NCBI GenBank assembly: GCA_965226885.1
Contig: CBDDEL010000010.1
Location: 32,001-96,000 of the forward strand
DNA: 64,000 bases
Origin: Opitutales bacterium
GTDB taxonomy: Bacteria > Verrucomicrobiota > Verrucomicrobiia > Opitutales > UBA2987
Direction of reading: 5' to 3'
Both the position numbers and the translations under genes were made by a program. Below, one piece after another: positions 20,229-30,774 of the stretch (positions are counted from its first letter, which is position 1; every line of letters begins with the position of its first letter). The notes under the pieces were generated by a model. The model was not told where the DNA came from. It saw nothing but the letters and a program-made list of their open reading frames with translations, and searched no databases.

Positions 20229-20528
20229 TGGAAATCGTCGCCTTGGTACGCCAATTACAACACCTTCTCGTGGCCCTGGATATTCCACGACGAGCACGGC
20301 TGGCAATTCGTTTTCGACGGCAGCACCGAGGAGGTCATTTTCCTATTCGACCTCGGTTTGCAGGAGTGAATATTTCTCAATGCAAACACCTATCGCTGGC
20401 AATTCCTTTTCAGCGACACCCCTGGCTGGATCTGGACCTTCGGCGACAACACCCACGACCGCAGATTCTTCCAAAGGCTCGACGACGGCAGCCTCTTCAG
20501 CATCCCGCCCGATCTGCCGGTGAAGTGA
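20229..20528 (+). pseudogene. Orphan 3' end of a gene with a Trp-rich C-terminal domain, containing an internal TGA
   Basis: Reads WKSSPWYANYNTFSWPWIFHDEHGW...GLQE*IFLNANTYRW...RRFFQRLDDGSL, which aligns by eye with the C-terminus of 61683-63590. Confidence 0.8.
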
Positions 20529-20579
20529 GGAAAGCAGAAGCCAGGAGTCATTAGTGTCGAGTCCTGACGGCTGTTTCCG

Positions 20580-22019
20580 CTAGATCAACTTTGTGGGGTC
20601 GATTTTCTGGACTTCGCGGAAGTGCCCTTTTAATTGTTCCGCAATAATTTTTTTGGTCGATTTGGGTATTTCTGCTATCAGGTCTTCCAGTTCGGGTGGG
20701 GTTTGGGGCAAAACTAATTCATCTTCGGCGGTGGTTTCTTCAGGCGCTTCCTCGACCTTCATTTCCTCTGGAAGTGGTTCGAATTCCGGCTCTGGCGAGG
20801 TTTTCTTTTCCGCCGCCGGTGGGGGTTGGTTGTAAGAAGATTCGGGAGGGGCAGATGGTGGTGTTGCTTCAGCTACTTTTTTTTTTGGCGTGCCCTTACC
20901 TTCGGGTAAGTCATGGGCCAGGTCGGTAATTTGACGGATTAGTGTGTCGATGGCTCGCGCGCGGCTGGCTTCGACGGCGCTGAGAAGGGCGACCTCGAAA
21001 TTGACCTTCTCGCTGAGGCCCATTTTTACCGATTGCTCCCCTTCCCGCAGGGCTTCCAGCATGCGCATGAGCTCTTCCGTTGTCAAAGCCCGGCCGAGGC
21101 TCTCGGTGGAGCCGTTTTGGCGAACCGCTTCGAGCAACGCATTTCGGGTCAGGGCTTGCAGGTCGAGCAGCGTTCGGTAGAGGTCGCGGCCTTCCCGGTC
21201 GAGTTCCTCCACCAGTTCCATGATGCGCTTGTAATCCCCTGCCGCCACCGCCTGGGCCAAAGATGCTACCGTTTGTGGCGGGGCCAGGCCATAAACGTCG
21301 AGAATATCCTGTTCCTCAATCGTATCGCCGCAAAAGGAGATCATCTGGTCGAGGATGGATTGGGCGTCGCGCATGCCGCCGTTGGCCAGGCGGGCAATGG
21401 TTTGCAATGCCTCGTCTGCCACCGAAATATTCTCCGTTTGGGCAATGCTCGATAGTTTGGCCGCAATAACGGCATCGGAAATGGGTCGAAAAGCGAATCG
21501 TTGGCAGCGGGAGACGATGGTGGGCAGAACTTTTTGCGCTTCGGTGGTGGCAAAAATGAAAATGACATGCGAGGGGGGCTCCTCCAGGGTTTTTAAAAGA
21601 GCGTTGAAGGCTGCATTGGAGAGCATGTGCACCTCGTCGATAATGTAAATTTTGTAGCGTCCGCGGGTGGGCGCATACTGGCAGTCCTCCCGCAGCTCGC
21701 GCACCTGCTCGACGGAGTTGTTGGAGGCTCCGTCGATCTCAATCACATCGAGTGAATTTCCGGCCGTAATTTCCTGGCATGCGGGGCATTCATTGCAGGG
21801 AGTGACGGTGGGCCCCCGCTCACAGTTGAGGGCCTTGGCAAAGAGCCGGGCCATGCTTGTTTTCCCCGTGCCCCTAGGCCCTACCAGCATGTAAGCGTGG
21901 GCGATGCGCTGCCCACTGATGGCATTTTTCAGCGTGCGCACAATATAATCCTGCCCCACCAGCTCGTCGAACTGCTGAGGGCGCCAGCGGCGCGCAATTA
22001 CCTGATACCCCGTATTCAT
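20580..22019 (-). CDS. dnaX: DNA polymerase III subunits gamma/tau
   Basis: [17 protein letters not shown], Zn module, [30 protein letters not shown]. Confidence 0.97.
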   Translation of the reverse strand: MNTGYQVIARRWRPQQFDELVGQDYIVRTLKNAISGQRIAHAYMLVGPRGTGKTSMARLFAKALNCERGPTVTPCNECPACQEITAGNSLDVIEIDGASNNSVEQVRELREDCQYAPTRGRYKIYIIDEVHMLSNAAFNALLKTLEEPPSHVIFIFATTEAQKVLPTIVSRCQRFAFRPISDAVIAAKLSSIAQTENISVADEALQTIARLANGGMRDAQSILDQMISFCGDTIEEQDILDVYGLAPPQTVASLAQAVAAGDYKRIMELVEELDREGRDLYRTLLDLQALTRNALLEAVRQNGSTESLGRALTTEELMRMLEALREGEQSVKMGLSEKVNFEVALLSAVEASRARAIDTLIRQITDLAHDLPEGKGTPKKKVAEATPPSAPPESSYNQPPPAAEKKTSPEPEFEPLPEEMKVEEAPEETTAEDELVLPQTPPELEDLIAEIPKSTKKIIAEQLKGHFREVQKIDPTKLI

Positions 22020-22097
22020 TTTTACAATTTTTACAAAGAGATATAGTTAAATTAGCAAGACGGAAGATTGCAAAATTTATTTAGGCCCAACTCGATT

Positions 22098-22141
22098 TTA
22101 ATAACCACGACGGCATAAATTAATAACCACAACGGCATAAA
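22098..22141. repeat. 22-bp tandem repeat (one mismatch) between ffs and dnaX
   Basis: TTAATAACCACGACGGCATAAA followed by TTAATAACCACAACGGCATAAA. Confidence 0.85.
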
Positions 22142-22210
22142 ATTAGGGATTATATTTTAATTTTTCTACTATGCCCGAACATCACGCATCAAATAAATCG
22201 TACAGAAAAA

Positions 22211-22308
22211 AGGCCAGGCACCCTACGGCACACGCAAATCCTGGCTACCGTTGCTCCCTTCCGGGCCTGGCGGAGTTCACCGGTCTGTCGTTGCATAGGA
22301 CCCGGCCT
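22211..22308 (-). ncRNA. ffs: Signal recognition particle RNA (4.5S)
   Basis: Minus strand has the helix-8 signature GTGAACTCCGCCAGGCCCGGAAGGGAGCAACGGTAG with complementary ends AGGCCGGG/CCTGGCCT. It sits in the usual position upstream of dnaX. Confidence 0.93.
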
Positions 22309-22397
22309 TTATATTGCAAATATGCCTATAGAGACGAAAATGGCAAATAAAAATTGCCTATTTTATTTCGATGGGAGGGTCGGGGTTCGACGCCTCC

Positions 22398-25300
22398 TCA
22401 AGGTTCCAACGCGGGGGCCAGGACCAAACGGAAGCCGACCAGGTTGCTGGCGGTGTCGGGTTTCAGGCGTTGGCGGGCGGCACTGCGGCATTGATGGGCG
22501 AAGCTGCTCCAGCTGCCCCCACGGTAAACTTTATCGCTGCCTTCGACCGGACCGGACCAGTTCTCCACCATCCCCCCTGGGTAGCGGGAGTTAAAATTGT
22601 CCCAACACCACTCGCCGGCATTGCCGTGCATATCGTAAATGCCCCAGGGGTTGGCTGCATAAGAACCCACTGGAACGGTTCCATACTTTTCAGCGCCGAG
22701 GTGCAGGGTTTCACCATATTCGCGAGGGTAGCCACCCTTGAAATTGCCGAGCTTTTGATCGGCCCGTTGGCCAAATGAATAGGGGGTGCCGGTTCCCGCC
22801 CGGCAGGCGTACTCCCACTCTGCCTCGGTTGGCAGGCGGTAGTTATAGTTTTCGGGGAGCCGCCCGGCACTTTCCTCAGTTTGGTTGATTTTTCGACAAT
22901 ACTCCGCCGCCTGCCGCCAGTTGACGTGATCCACCGGGTGTTTGAGGCCCTTAAATTCGCTCGGATTTTTTCCCATGATTTTTTGGTAATCACTTTGCGT
23001 GACTTCGTAATGAGCCATCCAGTATCCGCCTGGAAATTTTACAGTTGTGGCGGGACCTTCATTGGGCAGGCGGGACTGTTCCTGGGCTGGACTGCCCAGG
23101 CGCACTTCTCCAGGTTCTATCCAGGCCATGGTCGTTCCAATATAGGGGATGGTCCAGTCTTTGGTTGATTCCGGGCCGGGAATGGGTTTTGCCTCCACTT
23201 TCCAGGATTGCTCTTCATTGGCCGCGAACCTCATTTTTCGCCTGATCGAGAGATGATCGGGTATTTGCACTTCCACATTGAGTTCCCGCTCAGCCGGGAT
23301 TTCAAAAATTTCTCCCTTATGGGTTACCGTTACGCCATCGGCGACGACTGAGAAAGGATGCTCCGAATCGAGTATGACCTTGAGCCGCCCCGGGCGAGCA
23401 GCCAATTCGGCTTTTACGATCGTTGTGCGCCTATCGGCAACTCTCACTTTCTGGTCCCACACAAAATAATCGGGATGTTCGATTTCCAGACTCTGGTTGC
23501 CTTCGTAAACTTCATCCAGCCGCCCGCTAGGCTCCTTAAAGGTTTTTCCGGCCACTCGGTATTCCACCTGGGCCAATTTTTCCAGCGTGGCGCCGCCTTG
23601 AAAAGACAACTGCACATCTAGGATACCGGCTTTTCGCACCAATTGGCCCAAATCGAGCGAATCGTCATAACCCGAAGGCAGAGTCATGGTAAGTTTCTGG
23701 GGCCGATAGTTTTGCAAAGCGATTTCCAGGGACAGGGGCGTCTCCACATCCAGTTCATCCAGATTTAATGGGGTTTTTCCCATATTCGTCCCATCGAGGA
23801 ACACATCCGCGCCATCGGGTTGGGTCAGGACAAGAATTTTACCCGGCGCCGGTTCCAGCACCACTTCCTGGATAACCAGTTTACTGAAAGGTAAGTCAAT
23901 ATCCTTCAAGAGAGTAGTTTTGTATTTGGGCCGCGAGACCTCCAGGGAGTAAATGCCTTTGTAGAGAATCCGTTCCGCCCTGATGATGCCATTGGCAGGG
24001 ACTTGCCCCAGATCAATCCGCTCTCCTGATTCCCGGATGGCGACAACTTGCGCACCGGGATCGGTTTTTACCTCCAGCAGGCTCCAAAACGGCTCCAGGT
24101 CGAGAGTAATTTCCATCGGCGCACGACTTATCTCGATGGTATAGGTTCTCGGCCGGTGGTCTGTGGCGGACCCCCTTACGGTGTATTCTCCGTGCGGCAT
24201 GGTTACCTGGAGATTACCGTCGGGCACCACGAAACTGGATTCTCCTTTGCCCTTGCCTGAAAAAATAACCCTCGATATGGCCGGGGTAATGGTCATCGAG
24301 TAAAGCGGTGTTTGCCCTTCGGCCACTCTTTTTACCATGGGTCCAACCGCTTGTTCTTCATCTGAAAATAGAATATTGAAACAAAAGTTGCTGGCTGCGA
24401 TAATAAGGGCTGCAAATATCCCCAGGATGCCCAGTCGCAGATATTTCAGTTTTTCCGGGTCCAGTTTCCTTGCGATCGCTTTGGGAACCGGTATTTTCTC
24501 AATTCTTTTGGTGATGCCGGTATCATCTACGGCCTTGATTTTTTCTTTTCCCAATCGATCGATGGCAGCGGAAAAGCCTTTTGCATCTTTGTAGCGGTCG
24601 GCCGGATCGGCTTCCAAGCAACGGCCGATTACTCTGTCCCAACCGTGCGGAATGGCGGCCGAATACTGCGTAGGCGGTTTGTAGGCCGGGTTGTCCTGGC
24701 CCGACGGCCCCGAGGGTTTGCGACCCGTCAAAAGGTAAAAGGCGGTTAAGCCCAGGGAGTAGATATCGCTTATGCGGCCAGCATCACTGCCAGCTAATAT
24801 TTCAGGGGGCAGGTAGGGACCGGTATTGATCCGAACCTTGTGCAGTCCCACAGTCCCATATTGAATGGAATGATCTCGGACGAAGATAGTTTTATTAACA
24901 AATCCCTATTGGTCATCTGGAACAATCCGAATCCAGATACTTTAATTTCGCCCGCCGAAGTCCGAATAAGGTGGGTGGGATTAAAAGAATTATGGTATAT
25001 TTGGGATGAATGGGCGGCCTGAAAAGCGTCGGTTATCTGCTTGATGATTTTGTTTGCGTGAGCCACCGGCAGCCCGAAAGCGAAATCGCGAAAGACATCC
25101 ACCGCGTGTAAAAGGGAAGGCTCGGCCCCAACCGAAGCGCCTGAGATTTGCTGCTGTTGTTTGATGAAATTCTGCAAGTATTCGCAAATGTTTTCCCCCT
25201 CCACCGGATCCATCATCAAACAGCAGCGATCCTTGATTTCGATGGCATCGGTGACCTTTAATACCAAATCTCATTAGGTATGATAATAAGTTATTTGGCA

Positions 25301-26668
25301 GAAGCGTTTGCTTGAATGTGCTGCCAGCCTCCGCCAACTAAAGAGAGGACTTTTTCAGTGTCCTCCCACCAGTCTTTGAGATGGGTTGCGACGACTTCTT
25401 CGAGTCGCTCAATGCTCGGCCACAGTTTGTTGGCCGTTTGATCCTGTATCATATCCCAAAGTCTTTCAATCGGGTTGAGTTCAGGACTATACGGCGGCAA
25501 ATTCACGATATGTATGCCCGGGGGGACGTTGGGGTGCTCCGAGTCGTGCGGATGGAAGCCTGCCCCGTCCCATACAACCACATGTTCCTCCTCAGGATAT
25601 TGCTTTTTGATCTGTTGGAGGAAAGCCTCCGTCCACTGTAGATTCGTGCTAGGGGTTTGGATGCATACCATCTCGCCGTTGACCACGTCGAGGGCTCCGT
25701 AACAGTAGCTCCACTGGTATCTTGTCTGATATTTTTTGTGCGGCCGAAGCCCTCTTTGCGTCCAGCACCGGCGGTACACCGGAAGCAAACCAAAACGGCT
25801 TTCATCGGCAAACCACACCCGAACCCGATTGCCTCGGGTGAGGGAAAGCTCCTGGAGGATCTTAAAAAAGTCTCGCTTGAACGCTTCCGCTTTTGCCGAG
25901 TCCCGTTTCTCATGCACGGGGCGAGGGACTCGAAGCACCCCGGCGCATTTTTTTAGCCATCGCCACACCGTCTTGTAGGCGAAGGAGCGCCCGAAATGTC
26001 GCTCCAGCTCTTGCCCCGCCTGAACGGCTGTGTTCCAGCGCGCGACCTTCAAACCATTGAGCAAGAAGGCCTCCACCTCTTTGTCGCAACGGCTTTTGAT
26101 CCCGCCTTTGTAGGCGCGTGTAAGCACCGCCCCGAGCCCTGCAGCACGATATTTGTCAAACCAACGCTGGATCGTCGCTTTGCCTCGGCCCACGATGGCT
26201 CCAATTTCATCAATGCTGTGGTGCGGCTGGAAGCCCATTTTTAATGCCACCAAACGCTCTTTACGCCAGCCGACAGCCTCTTTGTTGAGCAATTTCTTGA
26301 TACGTTCACGGTCTTCATCGGTTCCCATATATCTTCTCATTCCGCCTTTATAGCTGTTTTTTAATCTTTATCAATCCTTTTGCGATTTGGTATAATATAT
26401 TCGGGTGATCAAGCTGGGTGAGGGCCTCCATCTGCTGCTCCAATAGCTCGGCAAAGCCGGGAGCCTGGCTTATTTTCGAGTGCAGGACGGTCATGCACAC
26501 TTCATTGAATTGAAAGATGTTCTGCATGCGGTAAACCCCGCCCAGCAGATCGAAGCTTAGGCAATTCATGACCTGGTAATCACCAAATTTCTCCCCCGGG
26601 GAAAGAAATTCGCCTTCCAGAGAAATCTCGTTCAGCGGCTCCTCGCCGTGTTCCTGTTCCGAATCCAT
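22398..26668 (-). pseudogene. Kinase-like + TM + PEGA repeats + FGE-sulfatase (SUMF1) protein, broken by IS630 and an 8-bp duplication
   Basis: Pieces 26348-26668 (…LDHPNIL), 24794-25267 (KVTDA…) and 22398-24851 rejoin in frame after removing the IS and one copy of CAGTCCCA (24843-24858). SUMF1 motifs RLPTEAEWEYACRAG, YDMHGN, RGGSW, GFRL. Confidence 0.88.
25262..26392 (-). mobile_element. IS630-family element (transposase 25291-26340)
   Basis: DDE motifs FADESRFG, WDGAGFH, LPPYSPELNPIE. TIRs TACCAAATC(T/G)CA. TAA on both flanks. Confidence 0.93.
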
Positions 26669-26814
26669 AACTTGTAGGTTTAGATAATCCTTAGCCCCAA
26701 ATTTATCAATGGCAAGAAGGCAAATTCAATTTTCCGCTCCCGGTTCGCAGCGTTCGACTCTCCCGGCGTTGAAATTTCCATCATGGGGATGAGAATTATT
26801 CCAATCTGTGGAGT

Positions 26815-27387
26815 TCAAGGTTCTTCCGGTGAGGTTCTTTCGAAAAGATCAATTATGGGGGCGATGATTTTCTCCACGCTGCTGAGTTTGCCTTTGCCCT
26901 CGTAGCCGCAGGCCAGGAGGCCCTGGTCGGGCTCGATGATGATGTGGTTGCGGTCTCTTAAAAGTTTGAGGTTATGCCTGGTTGCCGGGTGGTCGAGCAT
27001 TTTCCCGTTCATGGCCGGCGCGATCATGACCGGCGCCTTGGTGGCCAGATAGATGGAGCCGAGAAGATCGGGCGCCAGGCCAAGCGCGAAACAGGCGATG
27101 GTATGAGCCGTGGCCGGAGCCACCAGAAGCAAATCCGCTTTGTCCGCCAGCTCGATATGCCCCGGCTGCCAGCCCCGGCCCTCATCCCACAAATCGACTC
27201 CCACGGGATTTCGGCTGAGGGTTTGCAAGGTCAGCGGCGCCAGGAACCGTGTGGCCTCTTTGGTCATGACGGCATGCACGTCGGCCCCCAGTTTGACTAA
27301 CTGGCTGGCTATGTCCGCTGCTTTGTAGGCGGCAATCGATCCTGTCACCCCCAGAACGATGAGTTTATTTTCAAGTGGCTCTTCCAT
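26815..27387 (-). CDS. coaC: Phosphopantothenoylcysteine decarboxylase (stand-alone CoaC half of CoaBC)
   Basis: GVTGSIAAYKA, HIEL, APATA, APAMN, LACG..GKG. Confidence 0.9.
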   Translation of the reverse strand: MEEPLENKLIVLGVTGSIAAYKAADIASQLVKLGADVHAVMTKEATRFLAPLTLQTLSRNPVGVDLWDEGRGWQPGHIELADKADLLLVAPATAHTIACFALGLAPDLLGSIYLATKAPVMIAPAMNGKMLDHPATRHNLKLLRDRNHIIIEPDQGLLACGYEGKGKLSSVEKIIAPIIDLFERTSPEEP

Positions 27388-27632
27388 TTATAAAGTAACC
27401 GAAAACCCGGCAAGCCATCAAATGACCGGCAGGCATAATCACTCCCAGGAGCTGGAAAGTAAAGGAGCTTCTACTGCAACTTTTAATAGTAACCGGTACT
27501 AATATCTGAATCTATCATTATTAAAGGAAAAATTTAGTTACCTATGTGATTATAAAAAAGGAATTGGCCTGAAGAGCTTGACAGATGCGCCGATATAGGA
27601 CACATAGTCCTCCCATAGCTTTTATAATACCT

Positions 27633-27692
27633 ATGATCGCCAATCAAAAATGGCTCCTCGCGCTTAGCGCAACTCTGCGGCTCCTCCCCTGA
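27633..27692 (+). promoter_or_regulatory. Putative leucine leader peptide (attenuator) for leuA
   Basis: ORF MIANQKWLLALSATLRLLP* has 6 Leu in 19 aa and ends 178 bp before leuA. TTGACA at 27578. Confidence 0.65.
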
Positions 27693-27870
27693 GGGGGATA
27701 GCTTCGTATTTTATTTATAGGTTTGGTTTTCTATCTTTCGCGGCGTGTTTGCCCATGCGGTGATTCCTCGCGCCCATAAACCGAAATCGATTCACCTTTC
27801 GTTTTTAACTTTTACTTCATTTTATTATTCAATTCCGGTTCTTTCCTGAACCGCCAGCCCGGACTAACCA

Positions 27871-29568
27871 ATGCAAAAAAATAATATAACCAAGTATCGG
27901 GCCTTTCCCGCTGTAGATTTGCCAGATCGTCAATGGCCTAGCCGAGCCATCGAAAAAGCGCCCACCTGGTGTAGTGTTGATCTGCGCGACGGCAACCAGG
28001 CCTTGGCCATACCCATGAATATCGAGGAGAAGCTTGAGATGTTTCAAACCTTGGTCCGCATCGGTTTCAAGGAGATCGAGGTCGGCTTTCCCTCCGCTTC
28101 GGATACCGAGTTTGCTTTTGCCCGGCATCTCATTGAGAACGATCTCATCCCCCCCGATGTCTCCATCCAGGTGCTCGTGCAAGCCCGCGAACACCTCATT
28201 CATCGTACCTTCGAAGCCATCCGGGGTGCCCGACAGGCCATTGTGCACCTTTACAACTCGATAAATCCTCTCCAGCGCCGGGTGACCTTTGGTTTGAGCA
28301 AGAATCAAATCAAGGAAATCGCCGTCAAGGGGACGCAATTAGTCAAAGAACTGGTTCCCACGGTGGGGGAAACGATCATCAGATACCAATATTCCCCGGA
28401 GAGTTTTTCCGATGCCGAGCTGGAATTTTCACTGGAGGTTTGCGAGGCGGTCATGGATGTTTGGGAGCCGACCGAGGAAGAGCCCATTATTTTAAACCTT
28501 CCGGCAACCGTGGAGCTGGCTACGCCCAATATTCATGCCGACCAGATCGAATGGTTTGGCCGTCATATGAATGAGCGCTCCAAGGCCATCATCAGCTTGC
28601 ATACGCACAATGACCGCGGGTGCGGGGTGGCCGCCACCGAATTGAGCCTCATGGCGGGAGCCCAAAGGGTCGAAGGGACGCTCTTCGGCAATGGCGAACG
28701 CACCGGCAATCTGGATGTCGTGACGGTGGCTCTTAATCTCTATACCCAGGGAATCAATCCAGGGCTGGATATTTCGGATATGAGCACGCTGCGCCGGACT
28801 TATGAACGGATCACCGGTATGACCGTTCATGAACGCCACCCTTATGCCGGCGACCTCGTTTTTACAGCCTTCAGCGGTTCCCACCAGGATGCCATCAAGA
28901 AAGGCATGGACCAGATGGACTCTTCTTCCGGAGCCCCTTGGCAGGTTCCCTACCTGCCCATTGATCCGGAGGATATCGGGCGCACCTACAAAGCCATCAT
29001 CCGCATCAACAGCCAAAGCGGTAAAGGCGGAGTGGCATTCATCATGGAACGGGAGTTGGGTCTCGAACTGCCCAAAAACATGCACCCGGAATTCAGCGCC
29101 GTAATCAATAAAATTGCCGATAGCGGAAGCAAGGAATTACAGCCCAATGAAATCAAGGAGGCCTTTTACCGGGAGTATCTCGATTTGAACGAGCCTCTGT
29201 CGCTAAACTCCTATCAAGTTTCGACGGCCCCGGACGACCACCGCCACATAACCTTTTCCGCCGAAATCGTTTTCCAGGCAGAGAAGAGGCAAATCGAGGG
29301 AAAAGGAAATGGGCCCATAGCGGCCTTGGTCGATGGTTTGGACCAGATCGGGTTGAAAAACTTTCACCTCACTGATTTTCGCCAACACGCCATTTCGACC
29401 GGTTCCTCGGCCGAAGCGGTCGCCTATATCCAGATCCAGGATGCCGGCAACGATGCCTTTACCTGGGGGGCCAGCATCGACAGCAATATCGAACTGGCAG
29501 GTTTAAAAGCATTGGTCAGCGCCTTCAACCGGGCCTGGGCAAAAGAAACGCATGGGGTAAACCCATAA
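27871..29568 (+). CDS. leuA: 2-isopropylmalate synthase
   Basis: DLRDGNQAL, SLHTHNDRG, GNGERTGN, FSGSHQDAIKKG, NSQSGKGG, regulatory domain GNGPI. Confidence 0.96.
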   Translation: MQKNNITKYRAFPAVDLPDRQWPSRAIEKAPTWCSVDLRDGNQALAIPMNIEEKLEMFQTLVRIGFKEIEVGFPSASDTEFAFARHLIENDLIPPDVSIQVLVQAREHLIHRTFEAIRGARQAIVHLYNSINPLQRRVTFGLSKNQIKEIAVKGTQLVKELVPTVGETIIRYQYSPESFSDAELEFSLEVCEAVMDVWEPTEEEPIILNLPATVELATPNIHADQIEWFGRHMNERSKAIISLHTHNDRGCGVAATELSLMAGAQRVEGTLFGNGERTGNLDVVTVALNLYTQGINPGLDISDMSTLRRTYERITGMTVHERHPYAGDLVFTAFSGSHQDAIKKGMDQMDSSSGAPWQVPYLPIDPEDIGRTYKAIIRINSQSGKGGVAFIMERELGLELPKNMHPEFSAVINKIADSGSKELQPNEIKEAFYREYLDLNEPLSLNSYQVSTAPDDHRHITFSAEIVFQAEKRQIEGKGNGPIAALVDGLDQIGLKNFHLTDFRQHAISTGSSAEAVAYIQIQDAGNDAFTWGASIDSNIELAGLKALVSAFNRAWAKETHGVNP

Positions 29569-29985
29569 CAGAAAACAAAGCTGGGGCGGCAGGCCCGCCC
29601 CCTGAATAATAGATCAAACCTCTAAACAATGCCGTCAGGGAATTACGAACAACCTTGCAAAATCTGGCCATATTTTCATTCTACCCAATCATTGACTGCG
29701 TGGACTCTGCCTACATTATTTTAGCACTTTAGAGAATGAACATGATCGATGCTCTTTATGAGATTGTGGAGTCACAATATTTCGATTCACGTGATTTCAT
29801 TACCCGGCTCATTGGCAGCCAAAGTAGGCACCGTTTCATTTCCCCCTTCCGGCAAACCAGCAGTATCAACCTGAACATTAAGCGTCGTTGAAGAACCTGA
29901 AACCACCGTCCCTTCAGAAATTTCCATTTTGACAACCGGCTCTTGTCAAGGAACCGATTTTGCGTAATATTGGGGAAAGCTTCCT

Positions 29986-30681
29986 ATGCCTTTAATCGTA
30001 TATTGCTTTTTCGCGACTTTGCTGACAGCCGTCTGGGGTTCGAAATTGGAAGGTTCTTACGAGGAAGAAAGGCGTAAAATGGTTTTCAGCCAGATTCAAC
30101 GCCGGGGGATTTCCGATCAAGCGACTCTCAAGGCCATGGGCAGAGTTCAGCGCCACCAATTCGTGCCCTCCGATCTGATAAAATTCGCCTACCATGACGG
30201 GCCCCTGAGGATTGGCTATGGGCAGACGATTTCCCAACCCTACATCGTCGCCTACATGACGGAAAAGCTCAAGCTACAGCCCGAACACCGGGTTCTCGAA
30301 ATCGGCACAGGTTCCGGCTATCAGGCAGCTGTTCTGGCCGAAATAGTGGACACCGTTTACACCGTGGAAATCATTCCCCAACTGGCCGCCCGCACCTCGG
30401 CCAAAATGCAATTATTAGGTTATAAAAACATCCATACCAGGCAGGTGGACGGGTTTCATGGGTGGGCCGAGGAGGCTCCATTCGACGCCATCATCGTCAC
30501 CGCGGCGGCCTCCTTTATCCCGCCGCCGCTTCTCGATCAGTTAAAAGAGGGCGGACGAATGATTATTCCGGTTGGTCCTTCCTTTGGGGCGCAGTATCTG
30601 TTGATTATTGTCAAAAAAAACGGCAAAATCCGCACTAAAACCGACATCCCCGTTCGTTTTGTGCCATTTACACGCAAATGA
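29986..30681 (+). CDS. pcm: Protein-L-isoaspartate O-methyltransferase
   Basis: GQTISQPYIVA, VLEIGTGSGYQAA, APFDAIIVTAA, VRFVP. Confidence 0.94.
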   Translation: MPLIVYCFFATLLTAVWGSKLEGSYEEERRKMVFSQIQRRGISDQATLKAMGRVQRHQFVPSDLIKFAYHDGPLRIGYGQTISQPYIVAYMTEKLKLQPEHRVLEIGTGSGYQAAVLAEIVDTVYTVEIIPQLAARTSAKMQLLGYKNIHTRQVDGFHGWAEEAPFDAIIVTAAASFIPPPLLDQLKEGGRMIIPVGPSFGAQYLLIIVKKNGKIRTKTDIPVRFVPFTRK

Positions 30682-30774
30682 ACCTGAAGATTGGCCGGGT
30701 GTAGGGTTAGCGTGAAACGGGTTATGGATGGGAAGAATCCAAGAATTGCATCCATATCATCGTAAGGAAGGAAG

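Noticed and set aside
20367..20369. TGA read as Trp (alternative genetic code)
   Set aside because: TGA ends many intact genes, prfB is present, and this fragment has lost its 5' end. A TGG-to-TGA mutation is simpler.
22098..22141. CRISPR array or iterons
   Set aside because: Only two adjacent copies with no spacers, and no cas or rep genes.
22398..22500. SUMF1/C-type-lectin C-terminus as a DGR variable region
   Set aside because: No template-repeat copy and no reverse transcriptase in the window.
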